A DNA stretch of 32,000 bases from the NCBI RefSeq assembly GCF_001306055.1, contig NZ_LGHJ01000011.1:1-32000 (forward strand). The letters are read 5' to 3'. The stretch is from Bellilinea caldifistulae (lineage in GTDB: Bacteria > Chloroflexota > Anaerolineae > Anaerolineales > Anaerolineaceae). Shown here one piece after another: positions 1 through 8,721 of the stretch (within the stretch, counting starts at the first letter, position 1; the number at the start of each line of letters is the position of its first letter). Under the pieces are notes generated by a model that ran no database searches, was not told the DNA's origin, and saw only the letters and a program-made list of their open reading frames with translations. A program made the position numbers and the translations under genes.

Positions 1-524
1 TGGAGCAGCACCATGTCGAGAACTTCCTCAAGTACAACACCTTCTACCAGGATACCCACCGCTACCGCAACCCGCAGGTGCTGCGGGCTCACCAGTTCCG
101 TGCCGAACACTTTGCCTATGACCCAGCGAGCGACACCTTTATCTGCCCGGCGGGCAAACGCCTGCATTTTCAGTACACCTCGCGCTACACCAGCGACAAC
201 GGCTACCAGAGCCAGCGGCACACCTACGAATGTTTCGACTGTGCCGAATGCCCGCTGCGAAGCCAGTGCACCCGAGCCAAGGGCAACCGCAAGATCCGCA
301 TCTCCTTCCGCTTACTGGAATACCGCCGCAAAGCACGCGAGAACCTGACCAGCGCGGAGGGACAGCGGCTGCGCGCTGCACGCTCGATTGAGGTCGAGAC
401 GGTTTTTGGGCAGATCAAACACAACATGGCTTTCCGACGATTCCACCTGCGCGGGTTAGAAAAGGTCATAACCGAGTGGGGGCTGGTAAGCATAGCCCAC
501 AATCTACGAAAATTGGCTGCCTGA
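1..524 (+). CDS. IS5/IS1182-type DDE transposase, C-terminal part (5' end outside the window)
   Basis: Frame 3 is open from base 3 (EQHHVENFLKYNTFYQDTHRYRN...) into the listed ORF 78..524. A Cys-rich segment (CPAGKRL...CFDCAECPLRSQC) is followed by VETVFGQIKHNMAFRRFHLRGLEKV...AHNLRKLAA, the usual C-terminal signature of IS1182/IS5-group transposases. Confidence 0.7.
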   Translation, partial: EQHHVENFLKYNTFYQDTHRYRNPQVLRAHQFRAEHFAYDPASDTFICPAGKRLHFQYTSRYTSDNGYQSQRHTYECFDCAECPLRSQCTRAKGNRKIRISFRLLEYRRKARENLTSAEGQRLRAARSIEVETVFGQIKHNMAFRRFHLRGLEKVITEWGLVSIAHNLRKLAA

Positions 525-672
525 TCAACAGCCAATTTTTTTTTTGCTGGTCAAAACGGCTTTATTTGACCTGTTTTTCCTTACCAAAAGGGCTGCCTGG
601 ATGTTCTTTCCAGACAGCCCCTGGATGCGCCCTAACGATTCCCCAACATGAAACCTGCTTACATCATGTCAC

Positions 673-3465
673 TCAGTAGCCTCTATTAATCAGTGGCAGG
701 AACATCTGTCGGGCCGCCATTACCTGAGCGCTGGCGGTGTTATCGGAGGGATTCGGGTCCAGTTCAGCGGAGGTTATGCTCAGAGCGATGGGATAAAGAG
801 TGCCATACGCTGCAGACGGTGGTACCTGCACATAAAGGGTAAAGTTGACCTCTTCCAGGAAACCCAGGTCCGGTAGGTTCCATATCACTTGAGCGCCGCT
901 TACGGTGGGGGTGATCCCCGAAGTATCTCTTACATAAGTGAGACTGCTGTCGAGGGTGGCTCTCAGCACAACACTGGTGGCTTTGGCCGTGCCATGGTTG
1001 GCAGTTCGAATGTGTATCGCTGCATTTCCACCTGGTGGCGCACCGTAAAGGGAAGCAGAGAAAGTCGCTACCCCGTCCACACCCGTGGGCGGCGTCCAGC
1101 TATATGAAGTATTCCCATAGCCCTCACCATTGGTGAAGATAAAGGGATCTGAGGCTTGGGATGTGAGAAAAATCATCGGGTCAGTGAGCACATTGCCGTT
1201 ACCGTCTACGAGAGCGTAGTAAAGATTATTGAAGGAGGAGTAATCCCTCCAGGTGAGAATCCCATGACCGACGGCGTCGGCAGTCACCGAAACGGAATAA
1301 TCACCGGTGACGGCAGCTTCTGCCTTCAGGCACACTGGCGTCCCTACTGGGTTATAGGATGTATCTAACAGTGCAAACCGAATGCGAGGAACCTGTTCGC
1401 CAGGGTCACACCCAATGGTTTCCCAAACTGCCAGTATCTTTCCATTAGAAAGTTGTACAGCATCGTAATTTTCCCAGTTATTCCCATCCGCAGAAAGATT
1501 TGTCTCTGGTTTGACCAGAGTACCATCATTGCCAACAACGGCGTAGTAGATGTTGCCACCGCTCGCCCAGGAAATGAAAGCGCGATTGGACGACAGGGAC
1601 GCAAGTGCAGGGCCGTACTTCCCGCTCGATCCAGGGCTAGCATTGGTAAGGTTTGTGATAGCTTTGACTTGAACACCGTTCGCATCCCGTATAGCGTAGT
1701 ATATGTCGTCTTTTACACGACCATCGCTTACGCGATAATACTGCTTCCAGGCCAGAATGAAGCGGTTGTCGCCGGTGGCAGCAATGCGCGGAGAGTTGAA
1801 AAAGGGCACGTTCACGTCATCATAAGAGCCCCAGGCATTGTTGTTGGTTAGGTTCACCGGACCATAAGTCAGGTTGCCCGCGGGGTCCAGGATGGCGAAC
1901 CAGATGTTGTACTGGGAGGTGCTGCCGTTCCAGAGGTAGCGATACCACACCACCCCGATGCGTCCATTCGGCGCGACGGCCACGGCGGGATTCTCGTCCT
2001 TCCAGGTTTGCGTTGTCGCCCCGGAATGGTTGGTCAGTTTGTTCACCCCGCGCACGGTATTGCCGTAGCGGTCCAGGAGAGTGTACTCGATCTCTTTCAT
2101 CCATAAGTCGTACCAGAAGTAGGCAAAGCCATTGGGCATCTCGGCCACGGCCGGGGACCAGGGAAGGAAGAGATCTGCAGTAACCTTTTTTACGGCCTGG
2201 GCAGCAGGCTGAACAAGATAGAGGCTCATCGCTCCATCGTTGTCGCTATACACCTGGGCAAAGGGGGCGGGGATGGCTGTCTGTAATTTAACCGTCTCAC
2301 TCTTGCCGGTGTCACGCGAGGAGCGAACGGTGACAGCAGCAGCGTTGTCGTCACCCACATTAGATGTGGGCGGCGTTTGCACCTTGACGGTGATGGTGAG
2401 AGTGCTTCCCTGCGCCAGAGAGCCTGTGTCCACCGTGCCATCGGCATCGGTGTCGGTGAGGGGAGTGGTGCCATCAGCGGCGTAGAAGGAGATAGGCCAG
2501 GATGAAGAGGAAATCAGATCGTAGGTGTCAGCTCCCAGTTCACCAGTGTTGCGGATGAGCACATTGAAGGACTCCATCGCGCCGGCGCGGGTGAAGCGGC
2601 CGTCGTAACGCGGAGAGATTCCCACACGAGGGGCGGCAACTGGCCGGTAGATACGTACGGCGTGGTTAGAGCCAATCTGGTTACAAAAATCGGTGATAGT
2701 CAATCCGTCCCATCCGGTGGAATCCTCAATACCGGATGTCTGGCAATGCCAACCATGCCCACTATAATTCATATTTTGGTATTGAAAGACGATATCACCA
2801 TTCTCGTACAGAACTACTTCGAAGGTGTACTCATTTAAGAAATCATCCGTCACCCGGTTCCACTCGACAACAAACCAGCGGTTGGGGAATGTGCCCCCTG
2901 TGAGGTAGCGCACATAACCGTTGACATAATCGATCGGTCCCCAACTGGGGGCGATCACGTCATTGGGTTCCTCGGGACTGGGGATTTGTGATTGCTGGTC
3001 GTCGTTTTGTCCGGAGTTGAAGGATACGAATCCATACATCGAGATGTAGAGTTGGGTGTACGTGTTCTCGTAATACTTGAAGGGGAAGCCAATATCAATA
3101 GGGCCAGCCTCAACCCAGTAAGGAGGGTCAATGGTCGCATCAGTTCCACTACTGGCATCGATCCAGTTCAGCGCTACCGAATCGTCCCAGATGTAGCCAA
3201 AGTCGTCGGGGCCACCAGTGCTTTGAGGGGATAATTGAACAGATGCGCCAACGAACGGCTCTGCATCGTTGGGCATGTACCAGTTTCCGTCGGAATCACG
3301 ATAGGGGCCAACTCCGGGTGCTGGAGGGTGGCTGGGGAGCGAATTTGGAGGATACGGCGGTTCTGGTGCCTGAGCTGCTAGGGGGGTTGGGCTACCGACC
3401 AGAAGTACCAGAAGCAACGCCCCACAAATTAAAAGGCCGAATTTGGTAGAATTTCGTGCTTTCAT
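673..3465 (-). CDS. Large secreted protein: signal peptide, Ig/CARDB-like region, YYA-repeat beta-propeller, DUF11-like C-terminal domain
   Basis: 930-aa ORF with GGAAGGA upstream of the ATG. N-terminal signal peptide MKARNSTKFGLLICGALLLVLLVGSPTPLAAQA. Recurring blade-like ..IYYA(I/V/L)..DG.. repeats. A DTDADGTVDTG segment. The C-terminus (NFTLYVQVP...DPNPSDNTA) resembles DUF11/CARDB repeats. Function unknown. Confidence 0.8.
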   Translation of the reverse strand: MKARNSTKFGLLICGALLLVLLVGSPTPLAAQAPEPPYPPNSLPSHPPAPGVGPYRDSDGNWYMPNDAEPFVGASVQLSPQSTGGPDDFGYIWDDSVALNWIDASSGTDATIDPPYWVEAGPIDIGFPFKYYENTYTQLYISMYGFVSFNSGQNDDQQSQIPSPEEPNDVIAPSWGPIDYVNGYVRYLTGGTFPNRWFVVEWNRVTDDFLNEYTFEVVLYENGDIVFQYQNMNYSGHGWHCQTSGIEDSTGWDGLTITDFCNQIGSNHAVRIYRPVAAPRVGISPRYDGRFTRAGAMESFNVLIRNTGELGADTYDLISSSSWPISFYAADGTTPLTDTDADGTVDTGSLAQGSTLTITVKVQTPPTSNVGDDNAAAVTVRSSRDTGKSETVKLQTAIPAPFAQVYSDNDGAMSLYLVQPAAQAVKKVTADLFLPWSPAVAEMPNGFAYFWYDLWMKEIEYTLLDRYGNTVRGVNKLTNHSGATTQTWKDENPAVAVAPNGRIGVVWYRYLWNGSTSQYNIWFAILDPAGNLTYGPVNLTNNNAWGSYDDVNVPFFNSPRIAATGDNRFILAWKQYYRVSDGRVKDDIYYAIRDANGVQVKAITNLTNASPGSSGKYGPALASLSSNRAFISWASGGNIYYAVVGNDGTLVKPETNLSADGNNWENYDAVQLSNGKILAVWETIGCDPGEQVPRIRFALLDTSYNPVGTPVCLKAEAAVTGDYSVSVTADAVGHGILTWRDYSSFNNLYYALVDGNGNVLTDPMIFLTSQASDPFIFTNGEGYGNTSYSWTPPTGVDGVATFSASLYGAPPGGNAAIHIRTANHGTAKATSVVLRATLDSSLTYVRDTSGITPTVSGAQVIWNLPDLGFLEEVNFTLYVQVPPSAAYGTLYPIALSITSAELDPNPSDNTASAQVMAARQMFLPLINRGY

Positions 3466-3800
3466 TTTAGTCCTTCCTTTGATTGATCTTTGAAGTTGAG
3501 TATTTCCTCCTGCCAGTACTCATTGAGGCGATAAGAACGGGACTGTTATCTTTCCATAGTGCCCCCTTTCTACAAGAGACAAACCTCCCTGCCAATGATT
3601 AACCGTGCGATTTACTGGCTATACCCTTGCCGCCCGGGCGCTTGCTTTGCTGGAATCCATAGGTGCCAGAAAAGAGAAAACACGCTCAAAAGACGGTTTC
3701 GTATGGGGCTGGGTAAGGTGGTATCTTCTTTCTAACTTTCGTCCCCTCTAGGCGCTGCCCGTTTGATAAAGAACCCTGTACGTTGAGGGGGCATACCTGA

Positions 3801-5948
3801 TTACTGCACCCCCCATACCTCCAGAACTCCATTATTGCCCAGGATAAGCAAGTTGGCGCCATCTGGTGTGAAAGCCAGGTCAATCACGTCGCTTGCTGTG
3901 ATGCGAATATTTCCCACAATTTGGCGAGTCTCCATGGTCACCAAGGAAACCTCCCCACCCTCACGACTTACTGCAACCAATGTATCATTAGGTGAAATAG
4001 CCAGCTTGTGTCCAAAAAGGGGTAATTTACCGTCTTGTGACCCGCTCATAACATTCCACAGCCACACATAGCCTTTGGCAACAATGATTTCGCTTTCATC
4101 AGAGGTAAAGACAACATCTTCAACTGCTTTTTCTGATCCTTCCGGGATCAGTGACAGACCTCTGGGAGGATCAACTTGCCATAAGCGAATATCACCTCGA
4201 CAACCGCCAAATCCACAGATACTGCCACCTGAAGCGAAAAACTTCCCCCCCGGAGACATATCCAACCATCCAACAGAATAACCATCGCTAAAAATAAAAT
4301 CCTGAATTTTTTCCCCTTTGAGAATATCAAAGAGAGTGATTTTCTCACCACGCCCAATTGCAAGAATATCTGTGCCCGGTAAAAAGGCTAACACGCTGTC
4401 TTTACGACACGGGGTGGAGATCGTAAACGCTTCTTTTTCGAATGACCAGACCTCCAAACGGTCCATAAAACATCCGGCAACTTTCGCCCCATCGGAAGAG
4501 ATCACCGGCGCAGTAAGCAGGCCTTCTGAAAACGAGACCCAGTCCATTTGCCGGGTTAGCGGATTCCATCGCCAAATTGGATTCCAACCGCCCCATATAT
4601 AAACCTGATTTTCAGGAAGAGCAATGACCCCTCGGGGCTGCCAGCCAAAGCCAAGAGACAACCATTCTTCAGAATCATTTCTTGGAAGAGGAGTGTCTTC
4701 CTTTACTGATGGGGAGCCTTCGGAAATCAAGTTGAAATCCGGCACGGAATAAACGAGCTCACCGCCATTGACGATGATTTTTGACCCATCCTCCGAGAAT
4801 TCAGCCACTGCAGATTCTAAGTTGGTATAGAGCGTGCGTAAACGCACATATCGCGGTTGCACCTGGTCAATGTTAATATTCCCGTTGAGTGTGGTGACAA
4901 ACAGTTTTGAATCAGGAGAAAATGGCTTTTGACTCGCCACTCCGCCAATTTTAGCAATCGTACTTCCATCCCTTGAGTTGATCAGGTGAATCCGATATCT
5001 ATTATCACTTGCACTATACCAAGAATAACCAATAACATTAAAATCCGGGGAGATAAGGCCGATATCCAACGATCCCCATGCGTTGTTTATATACCAAAGC
5101 GCCTTCTCATTCTCCAAAGACCAATAGATTAACCTTCCTCCCATCGAAGCAAGATGCGTTCCGTCGGGAATAAACATAATCTGATACGGATACGAGTAGC
5201 CTGTTAAGTCGCTGTAGAGTTTGGCTTTGAGTTCTCCCGTTTCGACATTCCAGACGCCAATGGAAAAATCGGCATATCCACAAGCCAGAAAGCGGCTATC
5301 GGGTGAAAAAACCAAATCGGTCCTTTCTAAGGCCTCCCTAAGACTATCAGCCCTTTGTGTTTCGTCGAGTTTCTCGCTAAGATAAGATGGAATGTCACCA
5401 AGCGGAGGAAAGGAATGAATGACATTACCATCTTCAAGTTGGATAAGCAATAAAGACCCATCTGGAAAGCGAATTGACGCTTTTTCTTTATCAGGAGACC
5501 CCAAAAACCGAATTGCCCCGTAGTATTCCGCAATCATTTTCTTGTCTGATTCGCGGAATAAGTAAACACCTGCCGTTGACTTAATTAAGATCCTGTCTGG
5601 CCCCACTTTTTCTTCCTGCTGAATACTTCCGTATCCCCAATGGGTAAGAAGGGTCAATTGCCTGGCATTGCCAGAGTTGAGAACAGTGCGCGCCCATGGC
5701 AAAGGTGTTGGTGTGATTGTAGGGGTAAGCGTCACAGTAGGCGTATAGGTTGGTGCAGGCGTGATTGTCGGGGAGGATGTTATGGTAAACGTCAAAGTGG
5801 GTTTTTCAGTAGCCACAGGCAGGGTTGTGGTGGCTAAATCCGCTGGCAACGTTGCAGCGCCCCTCTGACATGAGGCGATCACGGACAAAGTGATTATAGA
5901 AATAAAAATAAATATGATTTTTTGAAGAATAATTGCTTCTCGCTTCAT
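3801..5948 (-). CDS. WD40-type beta-propeller lipoprotein with Pro/Thr-rich linker
   Basis: ORF 3801..5990 trimmed to MKREAIILQK..., which has GGAGG 7 nt upstream. Lipobox-like ...SVIASC. A TPTxT linker. WD-like strand endings (IGVWNVETGE, LEVWSFEK, GDIRLWQV, VLEVWGVQ). Confidence 0.8.
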   Translation of the reverse strand: MKREAIILQKIIFIFISIITLSVIASCQRGAATLPADLATTTLPVATEKPTLTFTITSSPTITPAPTYTPTVTLTPTITPTPLPWARTVLNSGNARQLTLLTHWGYGSIQQEEKVGPDRILIKSTAGVYLFRESDKKMIAEYYGAIRFLGSPDKEKASIRFPDGSLLLIQLEDGNVIHSFPPLGDIPSYLSEKLDETQRADSLREALERTDLVFSPDSRFLACGYADFSIGVWNVETGELKAKLYSDLTGYSYPYQIMFIPDGTHLASMGGRLIYWSLENEKALWYINNAWGSLDIGLISPDFNVIGYSWYSASDNRYRIHLINSRDGSTIAKIGGVASQKPFSPDSKLFVTTLNGNINIDQVQPRYVRLRTLYTNLESAVAEFSEDGSKIIVNGGELVYSVPDFNLISEGSPSVKEDTPLPRNDSEEWLSLGFGWQPRGVIALPENQVYIWGGWNPIWRWNPLTRQMDWVSFSEGLLTAPVISSDGAKVAGCFMDRLEVWSFEKEAFTISTPCRKDSVLAFLPGTDILAIGRGEKITLFDILKGEKIQDFIFSDGYSVGWLDMSPGGKFFASGGSICGFGGCRGDIRLWQVDPPRGLSLIPEGSEKAVEDVVFTSDESEIIVAKGYVWLWNVMSGSQDGKLPLFGHKLAISPNDTLVAVSREGGEVSLVTMETRQIVGNIRITASDVIDLAFTPDGANLLILGNNGVLEVWGVQ

Positions 5949-6010
5949 CTCCCCTCCTAATCCGATAGCAAATATTGTCTCCAGCATCATTTTAGCACCC
6001 TATTTCGCAA

Positions 6011-7380
6011 CTGTCAATTCTGCGCGTTGGTTCACATAAAATGTTACTGAAGTAAGATGGTTAGCTCAAAAGAAAATGTTACCGGAGAGCTAGCCATGGT
6101 CGAGATAGAACGAATGAGCATCAATGAACGCCGAAAATATCTGTACAAGATGTGGGAACGCTATCGCAACGCCAGTCGCAAGGAAAAGGGATATCTCTTG
6201 GACGAGATGCAAGCGGTAACGGGGATGCACCGCAAGTCACTGATCCGGCTTATGAGAGGACGGCTGTCACGGAAGCGACGCAGCCGTGAACGCGGGCGAA
6301 CCTACGGGGCGGCGGTGGAAGACGCGGTGCGGGTGGTTGCGCGCAGTCTGGATTATCCGTGTGCCGAACGGCTCAAGGGGGCGCTTGTACCCGTGGCGCT
6401 GCACCTGCAGCGCTTGGGGGAAGTGCGCCTTGAGCCGGAGACGCTGGAGTGCTTGAGACGGGTGAGCATTTCGACCTTGAAACGCATGCTCAAACGGGCA
6501 GGGCGGAGCGAGGCGAAACTGGCTTACCGCAAGCCGCCCCGCCCAAAGCGCCACTCGCTGCGCAGTGCCTACCCAATGCGGCGGATTGCCTGGGATGTGG
6601 CGGCTGCGGGACACTTTGAAGTTGACCTGGTCTTGCATTGTGACGAGGACACCCGTGGTGAATTCATTCACACCATCCAGATGGTGGACGTCAAGACCGG
6701 TTGGAGCGAAATTGAAGCCGTGTATGGGCGCAGTTATCTGGCGATGAAAGACGGCTTTGAGGCGATACTCCGGCGACTACCTTTCCCGATCCGGGAATTA
6801 CACCCAGATAACGGAAACGAGTTTTTCAACGACCATCTGCTGCGCTTCTGGCAAGACAAAATCCCGGCATTAGTTATCTCCCGTTCGCGTCCCTATCACA
6901 AAAATGACAACCGCTTTGTCGAAGAAAACAATCATAGTCTGGTGCGGGCCTATGTTGGTCATGGGCGTCTTGTTCGCCTCGATCAACTCCTTATCTTGCG
7001 CCAATTGTATGCCGCTTTGTGGTTGTATCATAATTTCTTCCAGCCAGTCATGCGCACCCAACAAAAAATGGTCGTCAATCCGCAACGCTACCGGCGCGTC
7101 TTTGACATCCCCAAGACCCCCTTCGAACGCTTGTGTGAGGTCGAAACTTTACCTCCCGCGCTCCTCACCCAACTCCAAACCCTCCACCGCCAAACCAATC
7201 CCCTCCAGTTACGCCAGCAGATCGCAGACCTGATTGACCAACTCTGGGCATCCTCTCCTCAAAAGACCGCTCAACCCGTGAATATCCACCATACCCTCAG
7301 AAAGGAGGTTGACCCTTTAGTAACCTTATTCTTTTGAACCATTCAACCACCCTCGGTAACATTATCTTTTGACTTGACAG
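6011..7380 (+). mobile_element. Insertion sequence carrying an rve-family transposase (boundaries approximate)
   Basis: Single transposase ORF. Both proposed ends start with TGTCAA (6012-6017; reverse complement of 7374-7379). Both carry an internal AATGTTAC block (6040-6047; reverse complement of 7347-7354), but with different spacing, so the inverted repeats are weak. No target-site duplication recognised. The right end truncates a small minus-strand HTH ORF. Confidence 0.45.
6057..7337 (+). CDS. DDE transposase, retroviral-integrase (rve) catalytic core
   Basis: 426-aa ORF with an N-terminal HTH-like region. Candidate DD(35)E triad: HFEVDLV ... HPDNGNEF ... about 35 aa ... RFVEENNHSLVR. 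An alternative start at 6096 (MVEIERM) has a better GGAG. Confidence 0.85.
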   Translation: MVSSKENVTGELAMVEIERMSINERRKYLYKMWERYRNASRKEKGYLLDEMQAVTGMHRKSLIRLMRGRLSRKRRSRERGRTYGAAVEDAVRVVARSLDYPCAERLKGALVPVALHLQRLGEVRLEPETLECLRRVSISTLKRMLKRAGRSEAKLAYRKPPRPKRHSLRSAYPMRRIAWDVAAAGHFEVDLVLHCDEDTRGEFIHTIQMVDVKTGWSEIEAVYGRSYLAMKDGFEAILRRLPFPIRELHPDNGNEFFNDHLLRFWQDKIPALVISRSRPYHKNDNRFVEENNHSLVRAYVGHGRLVRLDQLLILRQLYAALWLYHNFFQPVMRTQQKMVVNPQRYRRVFDIPKTPFERLCEVETLPPALLTQLQTLHRQTNPLQLRQQIADLIDQLWASSPQKTAQPVNIHHTLRKEVDPLVTLFF

Positions 7381-7450
7381 GGCGGGCCTCATCCAGCCCG
7401 TACTTGCGGGCGGCTTCGGCAACGGGTAGAAATGGGGGGAGTGTAACCAT
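7381..7450 (-). pseudogene. 5' stub of a small HTH (excisionase/MerR-like) gene truncated by the IS
   Basis: AGGAAGG-N6-ATG, then MVTLPPFLPVAEAARKYGLDEARP. This is an HTH-type 'AEAARxxGL' start, and it reads straight into the IS end after about 24 codons. Confidence 0.35.
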
Positions 7451-7466
7451 ACCTGACCTTCCTGCT

Positions 7467-7505
7467 GAAAACACAAAACGCACCCAGGGATCCATCGGGT
7501 GCGTT
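7467..7505 (-). terminator. Rho-independent terminator downstream of the tRNA-Lys fragment
   Basis: On the minus strand: AACGCACCC-11 nt loop-GGGTGCGTT followed by TTGTGTTTTC. Confidence 0.6.
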
Positions 7506-7568
7506 GCAGAATACAGGGATGGAGTCCCTGTTTTTAGAAAACACTGCTGGTAAAGTGCCCATTGGAAG

Positions 7569-7612
7569 TGACTCACCAGGGACTCGAACCCTGAACCCAC
7601 TGATTAAGAGTC
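7569..7612 (-). other. Orphan 3' half of tRNA-Lys(CUU): att-site remnant
   Basis: The minus strand reads GA-CTCTTAA-TCAGT-GGGTT-CAGGG-TTCGAGT-CCCTG-GTGAGTC-A. That is an anticodon loop with CTT, the 3' anticodon stem, the variable loop, a full T-arm, the 3' acceptor strand and the discriminator. No matching 5' acceptor strand or D-arm lies upstream; that position is occupied by the integrase terminator. Confidence 0.7.
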
Positions 7613-7615
7613 TGT

Positions 7616-7645
7616 AAAAAATAAAAAGCCCGCCATTAAGCGGGC
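7616..7645 (-). terminator. Rho-independent terminator of the integrase gene
   Basis: On the minus strand: GCCCGC-TTAATG-GCGGGC followed by TTTTTATTTTTT, 28 nt after the integrase stop. Confidence 0.65.
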
Positions 7646-7672
7646 ATAAAGAGAAATACCAGTTAGTTTGGA

Positions 7673-8497
7673 TCATTGTGACATTGGCACGCTCAAGTTA
7701 ACCATCGGGAAGTACTGTCCTAAATCAACGGCCTCTATTGTTCGAGTGTAATACTCAACCATTCGAATATCAGACCACCGACCCGCAACCTGTACCAATC
7801 GACTCGGCGCGCCTGCCTTGATTGCCATTACTGCAAAAGTTCGCCGAAAATCATGCGGAGAGAGTTTTATACCAATTTTTTCTCCCCAGCGCCGAATGAT
7901 AACCCTCAAACCATCCCTGGTCACCTGGAAAAGCCGCTCGTCTTGCGGATTTCTGTATTCTATCCATTTTTGCAACGCATCTTTGGTCAAAGGTGAAAAG
8001 AAAACCCTTTCCCAACGACCACCTTTTACTCTCACAAGAATCTCTCTCTTCTCAAGAGCCAGGTCTTTCATGTTGATTGTAACAATTTCGTTCACTCTTA
8101 ACCCGGTATCCAAAGCCAGACTTGCAATCGCGAAATCTCGACATCCTTTTGAAGTAGTCAAATCAAATGAAGCGAATAACTCACGGATTTGATGTTCATT
8201 CAGAGTTCTGCCGGGTCTCGTTTTTTCTCTCTTAATACGCACTCGCAAAACTGGATGATCACCAATTTTCCACTTGACAAATTGCCGAATAATTCCGCAG
8301 GCAACATATTGACGAGAATTTCCCCACCCCGTTGAACGAAGAAAGCTTAATAAATCAATTGCAGTGCAAGACTCAATATCTACTCTTTCCAGAAATGCTT
8401 TCAATATTGCCCGATATTGTTCTTCTGTTTTCGAACTGAACCCCTTTTCAGCGAAGAACAATTCCATCTCGGTATGATATTGTGTGAAAGTTGACAT
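7673..8497 (-). CDS. Tyrosine recombinase / phage-type integrase
   Basis: ORF trimmed to MSTFTQYH (GGAGG 7 nt upstream). N-terminal SAM-like core-binding region (EEQYRAILKAF). Catalytic-domain motifs: LDTGLRVNE (Arg I), SPHDFRRTFA (H-x-x-R), GRWSDIRMVEYYTR (catalytic Tyr). Confidence 0.9.
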   Translation of the reverse strand: MSTFTQYHTEMELFFAEKGFSSKTEEQYRAILKAFLERVDIESCTAIDLLSFLRSTGWGNSRQYVACGIIRQFVKWKIGDHPVLRVRIKREKTRPGRTLNEHQIRELFASFDLTTSKGCRDFAIASLALDTGLRVNEIVTINMKDLALEKREILVRVKGGRWERVFFSPLTKDALQKWIEYRNPQDERLFQVTRDGLRVIIRRWGEKIGIKLSPHDFRRTFAVMAIKAGAPSRLVQVAGRWSDIRMVEYYTRTIEAVDLGQYFPMVNLSVPMSQ

Positions 8498-8605
8498 GGT
8501 TTTTCCTCCGCAATGAAGTGGTAATTTTTTGGTTTTACGATTCTGCCACCTCAAAACGGTTCTGAAAATTAAAATTTTTTGCTATACTATTAACCGAAAA
8601 CAAAC

Positions 8606-8701
8606 CAGCCCCACCGTTATTCCACAGTGAGGCCGTGATGCAGGCGTGGGGGTATGGATGATTTCAAATCATCCTAGCAAATTTTTTCACCGCCCGCAAG
8701 T
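8606..8701 (+). repeat. Copy A of a ~95-nt structured intergenic element (upstream of the nuclease gene)
   Basis: Shares ordered blocks with copy B at the same spacing: CAGCCCCACCG, GTGAGGC, TGCA, TAGCAAA, CCGCCCGC, AAGT. First to last major block is 84 nt here and 82 nt in copy B. The CCCCAC/GTGAGG helix is retained in both copies. Confidence 0.5.
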
Positions 8702-8721
8702 TAGTCTAATATCAGCAATCC

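Noticed and set aside
7343-7676. Minus-strand ORFs 7343-7600 (85 aa) and 7389-7676 (95 aa).
   Set aside because: They run through the tRNA-Lys fragment, two terminators and the IS end. Only the short 7381-7450 segment looks like a genuine, truncated coding start.
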